Sequence record: DRR723986_6929
DNA length: 23,305 bases
Direction: 5' to 3' (one strand)
Under the pieces are notes generated by a model. The model did not search any database and was not told where the DNA came from. It saw nothing but the letters and a program-made list of their open reading frames with translations. The position numbers and the translations under genes were made by a program. Positions 1 through 7,046 of the stretch are shown here, piece after piece; the stretch's first letter is position 1; every line of letters starts with the position of its first letter.

Positions 1-1
1 T

Positions 2-151
2 CAAATGCCATTTAAATGGCAAGGTGAGACGTCCTTCGGAGCTATTACAGTATTCGCTTTACTCGCAGTCGGCTTTACAATCGGCAGCTGGTGGGCAAAT
101 CGTATCCACGACAAACTCGCCGACTTGCGCGAGCGAAACACCAACCAATAA
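2..151 (+). CDS. 3' part of a small membrane protein convergent with traG (entry-exclusion candidate), probably truncated by window start
   Basis: Frame +2 is open from the edge: QMPFKWQGETSFGAITVFALLAVGFTIGSWWANRIHDKLADLRERNTNQ*. It has one hydrophobic helix and a charged tail. The TAA at 149-151 lies 3 bp from the traG stop. Not in the ORF track. Confidence 0.5.
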   Translation, partial: QMPFKWQGETSFGAITVFALLAVGFTIGSWWANRIHDKLADLRERNTNQ

Positions 152-154
152 CCC

Positions 155-3100
155 TCAATGGCGTCGGTATCCACTCCAGCGACTATCATAATACCCTTTA
201 GGCGTCGCAGTCGGGTCTGACGGTTTTTCTTCCACCTGTTCTGCAGCCTTTTGTCCACTGACTTGATGATCGTCGGCACCCTGCTCCTTGACCCACTCCT
301 TGATTTCATGCGCCTGACCGCGCAGATCGGACACGCCGGACAGGAAAGCGCCGACTTGATCGACACGATCACCTTCAAAATCTTTATTACCAATTGTTTC
401 ATCCCAGATATCCCGGACTTCATCGTTCCAATAATCATAGCTATTTACACTTTGACTTGTATCCACATCAGATTCCGAAAGAGAACTCCTAGCACCAGCC
501 TCGCCACTGACATCCACAAGGCCAAAGAACTTAAACCCACCACCTATCTTGGTTCCCGCATAAATCTCGCTACTTCCCGTATGCGAATCCGAGGAAAAAT
601 AACTCACCTGTTTACCGGCAATTCCAGACAGATAGTTCGACGATTGCTGGGCTACGCTATCCAGGAAAGTTTCCGTTGACCCTTCATTCTGGTGTTTCTC
701 GAGCAAACGCCCAAAGCTAGCTGTGCCGCTATTATTGCCTGCTTCTGCAAGGTCCGCATACCGGAAGATCGTTTGACCGCCTTCAGTACCTTGACGCGCA
801 TCAACCCGGAGGCCGTCTGATACATACACACTGTCATCCTGCGAGCCGCTAAGCCCTGATCGCACGTCCACCCTGCCCACTTCATTGGTGATCGGATCGA
901 AAGTGAAAGCAAGCGATGAACCTGGCCGTGCAATATCCGTTTGGTCCGGCGACAAATACTGTCCAAACGCCTCAAGCGTCCGGTCATTAATCGCTGTCTC
1001 AAGGTTAGCACCGCGCGCATTCTGAATATCAGAAACACTAATGCCGTGCGCATCAGCAAAATTGGCAAGCCGTTCATTCTCAATAAGCCTGCCTCCAGCA
1101 TCAATGCGTGCTGCTTGCAACGATAGGTCTTGCGGGCTCTCACCGGTGTAAGCACTTGCATCGCGCACCCCCGCAGCTTCACCAGACGCTCGCTCGCGTC
1201 TAAGCTCCCCGCCAAGAGTAAGATTATCAAAATCACCTTCGCTAGCTTTGCCGGCAAACCGCGTATCACCTGAACTATAGAGCGTATCCAAAAACGAGCC
1301 CGCCCGTGATATCTGCTCGGGCGATAACCCTGCCCTTGTCGCTGCGACCCGAATTCCTTCTGCTCCGCCGAGGCGCTGACTTTCCTCTTGCCGGGCGGCC
1401 CCGAAGGTTCTGCTCAAATCACCACCCGTGCCAGCCACACGTCCAGCTGCAAGCTGGTTACCGTATCCTGCGATCAATTCCTTCGCGGTCCCCGTATCAA
1501 CGCCGAGGTCGGACGCCAATGTTTGAGCGCCGGTCTCAAAAGTTTGCGCATCCAAAAAACCCCGCTCTGCGCCCGTTGCAGCAGCATCATGCGCGCCGGT
1601 CGCCAACCCCGCTTCAGAAAAACCAGTCCACTCCCCGAGACCACTTACGCGTCCCGCCGCTACACCGCCCGCAGTTGCTCCTGCAAACCGGTATATATCC
1701 GCGCCGTTAACGCCCGCATCTGCACCAGCTCCAGAAAATGCCCGATGATGGGAAAGGTTCTGAAGCCATTGCCCTGTTGATTGCTGAGCAATCCCGGAAA
1801 ACCCGCCTGAGCCCGTTGCCCCAAGGCCGCTTAATGCACCTGCCGCCTGGGCTCTCGACTGGGTATCACCTGCCAGCCGCGTCGGGTTGAGACGGCTTTC
1901 CGCTGCCTCAGAGCCAATGGCTTCACCCTGCCGCGCAAACGAACCAGTAAGCTGCGCGAAACTGGCACCAGAGAAGCGGAAGATAGCGACAACAGCAATG
2001 CTGGCAAGACTGATAGAGATCAATCGGCTCGAGCCAAACACTGTCAGTGCCTTCACCGACGCTGGCGGCGCCAGAATGAAGGCATTGAAAGCCAGATTGT
2101 TTCGGCGCACTTCTTCAAAAGCATCACGGGCAACGCTTTCAATCATCACCTGAAGGCCAATGTCAGTGATCCCCCATATGGAAACAAAGACAAAAAAACC
2201 AACCGAGAGCGAAAGTGCCCGCCAGCGCAGCGGGGTCACAAGAAACAACATTGTAATCGGCAGGGTCGCCGTTGAAGCCGCCAAAAAGCCCGCTCGAATT
2301 GATTGGCCGTATTCCTGAGCGAAACTCAACAGACCTAAGCCCTGCGTGACGGCAGCCCGGTTCGCTTCCTGCGCTATCGCCCGTTCGGGGTTTTCATCAG
2401 CTGCTGCGTCTTGCATGGCAAGCGCCAGCGCCGCTGAGCGAAGGTAGACCAACCTGTCACCCGCCTGTCCAAAAACAGTGGGTATAATCTGGTCAAGAAC
2501 CATATTGCACTGTGCTGCCTGCGCAGCATTACTTGTATCAAAACCAACGCTGCCACAAAGCGAGGCGACGAGAGAACCATAAGTGACGGGATCAGTAAGT
2601 GCCGTTTGAATATTTGTATAGGCGTCCGTGCATGTGGTCAGCGTGCCTTGCGGGTCGGCTTCGCTGCGGTAAGGAAACTCCACGGCGCTAGACCTGGCAT
2701 TGGCGAAGGTCGCCAGAAGGTCGGTTGACGTACGATTGACCGCGTTTAGATTGAAACCTGACCCCGGCAATGCTGCCGCTATCTGCCCGCACTCAAGATA
2801 ATAATTTTTGATGTTTTCCCAGAGATATTCATCGTCGAGCGGCTGATCGGCGCGGTATGTATTGCGCACCAACTGAAACACGATACCGCCCGCTGTGTTT
2901 TCGTATGGCGTGGGGCTGGATGCATTGGCAATATCAACCGCAACCTGTTCGGCGAGATTAGTGAGGCCAGCAAGAAGCACAATGCCGTCAGGTACACCGG
3001 TGACCGGCTCGTAGGCATTCAATGTCCTGTCATAGACATGTATCGTGCCTTTCGGGGTGATAAAGGCCGTGTAGATCCCGACACCAATCCCAAACATCAA

Positions 3101-3499
3101 AAGCCAGTTTTTGAAAGTGCCTTCTTCGCGGTAGCCTCTCACCGATGCCGTTACCGCAGCGGCAGCGAAGCCAACGACAGCAGCGATATAAACCAACGAG
3201 CCATAATCACTATTGGAGAAGAAAAACCCAATGTACCGGAACGCAGTGACGACCTGCGTGAAACCGTTGAAAGTGATATATTCCATTTCCAGAGCATTGG
3301 CGGCACTGGATGCAGCGAAGGTCAATCCGCCCGCAAATGTCAGGTGTTTCAGTGCGCGCGCCGTCTCAAGAACCGCACCCTCCCCCTTGGGTAGTTCGCA
3401 CTTCAGCCCGCCAGTAAGTGAAAAGACGGCTTCCTTTTGAAGTGCTTTTCTCTCTTTTGGTAGGCAGTCAAAACTCCACGGCCCAGCTGGCTCAACCAT
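155..3499 (-). CDS. traG: Conjugal transfer mating-pair stabilisation protein TraG (VirB6-like)
   Basis: TraG_N-like N-terminus (EMEYITFNGF...F; IHVYDRT...VTGVPDGI), multiple TM segments and a long Gly/Ala/Ser-rich C-terminal region. Lies directly after traH. Start uncertain: ATG 3499 overlaps the traH stop; alternative ATG at 3286. Confidence 0.9.
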   Translation of the reverse strand: MVEPAGPWSFDCLPKERKALQKEAVFSLTGGLKCELPKGEGAVLETARALKHLTFAGGLTFAASSAANALEMEYITFNGFTQVVTAFRYIGFFFSNSDYGSLVYIAAVVGFAAAAVTASVRGYREEGTFKNWLLMFGIGVGIYTAFITPKGTIHVYDRTLNAYEPVTGVPDGIVLLAGLTNLAEQVAVDIANASSPTPYENTAGGIVFQLVRNTYRADQPLDDEYLWENIKNYYLECGQIAAALPGSGFNLNAVNRTSTDLLATFANARSSAVEFPYRSEADPQGTLTTCTDAYTNIQTALTDPVTYGSLVASLCGSVGFDTSNAAQAAQCNMVLDQIIPTVFGQAGDRLVYLRSAALALAMQDAAADENPERAIAQEANRAAVTQGLGLLSFAQEYGQSIRAGFLAASTATLPITMLFLVTPLRWRALSLSVGFFVFVSIWGITDIGLQVMIESVARDAFEEVRRNNLAFNAFILAPPASVKALTVFGSSRLISISLASIAVVAIFRFSGASFAQLTGSFARQGEAIGSEAAESRLNPTRLAGDTQSRAQAAGALSGLGATGSGGFSGIAQQSTGQWLQNLSHHRAFSGAGADAGVNGADIYRFAGATAGGVAAGRVSGLGEWTGFSEAGLATGAHDAAATGAERGFLDAQTFETGAQTLASDLGVDTGTAKELIAGYGNQLAAGRVAGTGGDLSRTFGAARQEESQRLGGAEGIRVAATRAGLSPEQISRAGSFLDTLYSSGDTRFAGKASEGDFDNLTLGGELRRERASGEAAGVRDASAYTGESPQDLSLQAARIDAGGRLIENERLANFADAHGISVSDIQNARGANLETAINDRTLEAFGQYLSPDQTDIARPGSSLAFTFDPITNEVGRVDVRSGLSGSQDDSVYVSDGLRVDARQGTEGGQTIFRYADLAEAGNNSGTASFGRLLEKHQNEGSTETFLDSVAQQSSNYLSGIAGKQVSYFSSDSHTGSSEIYAGTKIGGGFKFFGLVDVSGEAGARSSLSESDVDTSQSVNSYDYWNDEVRDIWDETIGNKDFEGDRVDQVGAFLSGVSDLRGQAHEIKEWVKEQGADDHQVSGQKAAEQVEEKPSDPTATPKGYYDSRWSGYRRH

Positions 3500-4919
3500 C
3501 GGTTTGCGCCTTAACAAAATCTTTTGCAGTGGCGGCCCGGTCAGCCTTAAAAAGCGCTGCTTGCGCAGAGATTGCATGTTGTTGCTGAACGGTAACCTGA
3601 TAGGCTTCAAAAGCGCCGCGCCGCGCGACAACCAGATCCTCGCGCAGTCTGTCAAGCTTCGCACGCGCAGCCCCGTAAATCGCCAAATTGCAGGTGGTCT
3701 CACCGCCGGTTGCCGATCTGATACCCGGTGTCGCCGCATCAGAAGCCGCCTTGGAAATCAGGAAATCAATGTTGGTCAGTAGATCATCAAACACTCGGTA
3801 GGCAAGCGAGGATGCGATCGGAAACTCGTAGGCGCCCACGGCCTGATCAAGGGAACCATTAAGAACACCGTTTCTGACAATTTCCCAAACAGGCTGCGCC
3901 GACTGGTTGATAAAATTAACCTCATCGGCGGTGAAAGCGCGTTTGCTTTTGACCCCCGCACCAATATCCAGCATGTTCTGCCGCACCATGGAAATAACCG
4001 ACACAGCTGTTGCCCGGCTACAGGGGCCGCCGCTTGCTGGCCTGCCCTCAACCTCGCCTGTCAGAAAATCATAGGATGAGAAACGATCAACGCGCGGACA
4101 ACGATCAATGCTTCGGATGGTGGGGGCGTTCTCGCTTGAAGGCCAACTGATGAGGATGTCGCCGATGTATGCCCGGACGATCGGTGCCATATCAAGCATA
4201 CCAACACGCTCAGCAGCGTGATCAATCACTGACCCGTCAGCAAACAACTCTCTGACGGCAGCAGGACATGCTGCCACCTCGCCGTGCAGATCAACAGGCA
4301 CCTGGTTATCATTGTCGCGGATCGATTGCTGCGCGCCGTGATAATGTTTCTCGACCGCTTCTTCCAGGCTTCTCGAACCTGTTGCCTCCTCGAGCACGTT
4401 CGAGATAAAATCGGGATTATCGCCCGTTACAAGCTTGGCTACCTGATTGGCCATCCTGCAATCATTGACCTGGATCGAATTCAGAAACGATGAGGTGGCC
4501 TCCAGTTTGCTCATCACGTCTTCGCATGTTTCGCAGTGCGCTTTAAGCGCCATTGAAAAGGCAAGCGCCGGTGCGGCTTGTAAAATATTTTCAAACTTTT
4601 CCACAAGATACTCAGGGTCTAAAAAACTTAGACCGCCCGCAAACAAATCAATACCGCCGCAGCCTGCCCGCACGCGCGGCGGAGAGACAGAAAAGGGATT
4701 GTCTGTCGCGAGCCTGAACCGGCCATTGAACTGACCACCCTGAATATAGCCGCGGCGCTGACCCGAGAAGGACGAAGGCCCGCTATGGGTCATGGAATCG
4801 AACCAATCCTTGGTCCAATCCTGGCCAGTGGCGGACAGGCTGAAGGAGCCCAAATAGACTAAAATACTGAGGCACACAGGCGCCTTTAAAAAAGATCGTT
4901 TCATCGGTCGCTCCTTCAT
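3492..4919 (-). CDS. traH: Conjugal transfer pilus assembly protein TraH
   Basis: Signal peptide and TraH hallmark PPRVRAGCGGIDLFAGGLSF, plus ALAFSMAL...CETC and DC. traF-traH-traG synteny. Confidence 0.95.
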   Translation of the reverse strand: MKERPMKRSFLKAPVCLSILVYLGSFSLSATGQDWTKDWFDSMTHSGPSSFSGQRRGYIQGGQFNGRFRLATDNPFSVSPPRVRAGCGGIDLFAGGLSFLDPEYLVEKFENILQAAPALAFSMALKAHCETCEDVMSKLEATSSFLNSIQVNDCRMANQVAKLVTGDNPDFISNVLEEATGSRSLEEAVEKHYHGAQQSIRDNDNQVPVDLHGEVAACPAAVRELFADGSVIDHAAERVGMLDMAPIVRAYIGDILISWPSSENAPTIRSIDRCPRVDRFSSYDFLTGEVEGRPASGGPCSRATAVSVISMVRQNMLDIGAGVKSKRAFTADEVNFINQSAQPVWEIVRNGVLNGSLDQAVGAYEFPIASSLAYRVFDDLLTNIDFLISKAASDAATPGIRSATGGETTCNLAIYGAARAKLDRLREDLVVARRGAFEAYQVTVQQQHAISAQAALFKADRAATAKDFVKAQTDG

Positions 4920-5776
4920 TGCTTGTTCAGGTCAAGGTGGTTTTCAAAAGCGGCGCTGCGGGTATCGAAAAAACCGCCGTCATCACTCTCGCTGTTCAGG
5001 AACTGCTGGACAATGATTTCGCCCTTCAGGACGCGGATCGCACGGTAAGCGTTATCGCTCACTTCGGGCAAACTGACCGCACCTGCCGATACCGGAAACC
5101 ACTCACGGCTGTTCTTCCGGATCAAGATGGTCATCGGCGTACCGGTCACGTTGAACCGGGCTGCGCGTTCGGGGTACTCTGCAACATCCACTTTGGTAAC
5201 GTTCCAGCCGGTGCGGTCCTGAAAGGCCTGCAATACGCCCCACTGAACACCGCAAAACCCGCACCCTTGAGAAGAAAACATCACCAGAGCAAACTCGCCG
5301 CGCTCCGCCTGAAGACGGATATCTTTTTCCGCCTTGCGTTCGCGGCTCCGTATTGTCCTGCCCGCGTTTGTGATGGGATAGCTTGTGCGGGCATTCAGGG
5401 CCGGGTTTTTGAGCAGTGCAACACTCGTGAGCGCGGTGAAGGTGCGCGACCGGCGGCGGACAAAATCGAGGAGGGTGAAATACTCGGCGACCTCGCCGAC
5501 CTCTTCGCTGACAATGGCAAAGGAGAGCTGCGCCTCCATCAACTCACCGACCGCTTTTGGCGTCATTTTTGTGAGGATCTCAAAAGATGGCAGCTCGGGC
5601 TCATAGGCAAAATCGGGATTAATCTCCTCAACTTCCTTTGGTGGGTCCTGGTACCAATTCCACCCGCGCTTCTCACTGGGTTCCTGCCCAAATACGCTGG
5701 AGACCACGCACAAAAAAAGCGTGAAAGTAACGACCATCAGGTTGACGGTCCGTTTTACCCAAGAACGCGCGCTCAT
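4916..5776 (-). CDS. traF: Conjugal transfer protein TraF (thioredoxin-like fold)
   Basis: Signal peptide, GWNWYQDP motif, CGFC and GTP (cis-Pro) motifs. ATGA overlaps with both neighbours. Confidence 0.92.
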   Translation of the reverse strand: MSARSWVKRTVNLMVVTFTLFLCVVSSVFGQEPSEKRGWNWYQDPPKEVEEINPDFAYEPELPSFEILTKMTPKAVGELMEAQLSFAIVSEEVGEVAEYFTLLDFVRRRSRTFTALTSVALLKNPALNARTSYPITNAGRTIRSRERKAEKDIRLQAERGEFALVMFSSQGCGFCGVQWGVLQAFQDRTGWNVTKVDVAEYPERAARFNVTGTPMTILIRKNSREWFPVSAGAVSLPEVSDNAYRAIRVLKGEIIVQQFLNSESDDGGFFDTRSAAFENHLDLNKQ

Positions 5777-6276
5777 AACACTTTTTCCACTATGACTGCG
5801 CTGCCAAGGGAAACGAAGCCATAGTAACGGCTGTCATAGCCATCTGGATGATCCGTCCCAGCAAAGAAAACATCATTGGGTACTGGGCCTTCAGACCAAT
5901 CAAAAACACGTAAGGAGCCACCCGTTTTGGTCTCCCTTTTGGCGCGCGTGATCTTCTCACCGTTACAGTAGAAGTCGAGGCCGTCACGTTTTAGAATGTC
6001 CCCTGAAAAACAAAGCACATGCTTGGTCATATGATTGACGCCTGCCGGCAGCAGGGGATCATCTCGCTTGAACATCACCGTTGCTTGTTTCTCAACCGCA
6101 AGATCAGGCCACATTTTAAAGATTTTACCGTCAACCGAGGCGGTCATATTAAACGCGTAGCGCCCGGCGACTTCACCGACAAAGCCGAACCAGAGCAGTG
6201 CAAGTGCTAGGACAGGAAGTGATCGCCGCCATTCACGTGCGAGCTTGATACTATTGAACCAGATAAAACTGATCAT
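5773..6276 (-). CDS. trhF: S26-family conjugative signal peptidase (TrhF-like pilin-processing peptidase)
   Basis: N-terminal TM segment, NMTASV (catalytic Ser), MTKHV (catalytic Lys), DGYDSRYYG box. Confidence 0.85.
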   Translation of the reverse strand: MISFIWFNSIKLAREWRRSLPVLALALLWFGFVGEVAGRYAFNMTASVDGKIFKMWPDLAVEKQATVMFKRDDPLLPAGVNHMTKHVLCFSGDILKRDGLDFYCNGEKITRAKRETKTGGSLRVFDWSEGPVPNDVFFAGTDHPDGYDSRYYGFVSLGSAVIVEKVL

Positions 6277-7046
6277 CGGACCTCTCCTGTGTTTTGAAGG
6301 GTTTTCAGCAGCGGGCGCGCCCGGCGGTCGCCGAGCGCGATGAGGGCTTGAAAATGGCCCGAAAGATGCGCGTCGCCGTATGTAACGAAACTGCCGAGCG
6401 CTGCTGCCGCTTCCTCGTCCGGTCGCTCGCAGTAAGCCGCAAAGGGATCGCGGTCAACGGTGGTTACAGCCGGGACACGCTCGACGCCGTTTGCCCTGAA
6501 CATCAGCGGATCGATGATGACGCCGATATCATATATGTCACAGTCCTGGCCTTTACATTCAGGGTCCTTGAGAATGATTTTATGGGCCAGTTCAACAATC
6601 GGCTGAATTTTGGCAAGACCACCCGGTATGCCTCTGAACACCATAACACCGTTTGATTTCTCAAGCTGGGCCGCGTATGCTCGAAGCACCCCAAGGGGTA
6701 CCGACTGCGAGGCGAAGAGGATTGCTCGAAAAGAACCTTCGGACCTTTCACTTGAAAAGTTAGTTTCTTTTTCCCTTCCCGCCTCGCTGCCGGTAACAGC
6801 GAGGGCTCCCCGAACTCGAGAGCCCATTTGTTTGGTTAGGTCCACCATGCCTTTTTCGCGGAACGCCTCGGCAACCGCTTTGGCGCGCTTTTCAATCTCC
6901 TCAGATGTTTCCTGAATTTCAGTTGGAGGCGTGTCTTCGTTCTCGCTTTGGCCGTACAGCGTGCTCGCCGCTCCCAACCAGAAAATGAGCGAGCCGACAA
7001 CAATCCGGCTAGCCAGCCGAAAGCTAATATTTCCACCTCTCCTCAT
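6273..7046 (-). CDS. trbC: Type-F conjugative pilin assembly protein TrbC
   Basis: Signal peptide; FASQSVP, VFRGIPGG and IDPLMFRANGVERVP motifs typical of TrbC_Ftype. Confidence 0.88.
   Translation of the reverse strand: MRRGGNISFRLASRIVVGSLIFWLGAASTLYGQSENEDTPPTEIQETSEEIEKRAKAVAEAFREKGMVDLTKQMGSRVRGALAVTGSEAGREKETNFSSERSEGSFRAILFASQSVPLGVLRAYAAQLEKSNGVMVFRGIPGGLAKIQPIVELAHKIILKDPECKGQDCDIYDIGVIIDPLMFRANGVERVPAVTTVDRDPFAAYCERPDEEAAAALGSFVTYGDAHLSGHFQALIALGDRRARPLLKTLQNTGEVR

Noticed and set aside
6-21. Perfect 16-bp palindrome TGCCATTTAAATGGCA
   Set aside because: It lies at the window edge inside a probable CDS, has no second copy and has no context to assign a function.
1-438. 145-aa minus-strand ORF from the track
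   Set aside because: It mostly overlaps the traG 3' end in another frame and has no protein-like features. The + strand TM-encoding frame explains 2-151 better.
3500-3739. N-terminal extensions given by the ORF track for traG (and similarly traC, traK, traL, traV, traN1)
   Set aside because: They overlap upstream genes extensively. Downstream starts with an RBS or stop/start coupling fit better.
4919-5824. 301-aa + strand ORF
   Set aside because: It is the antisense shadow of traF, which has clear family motifs.
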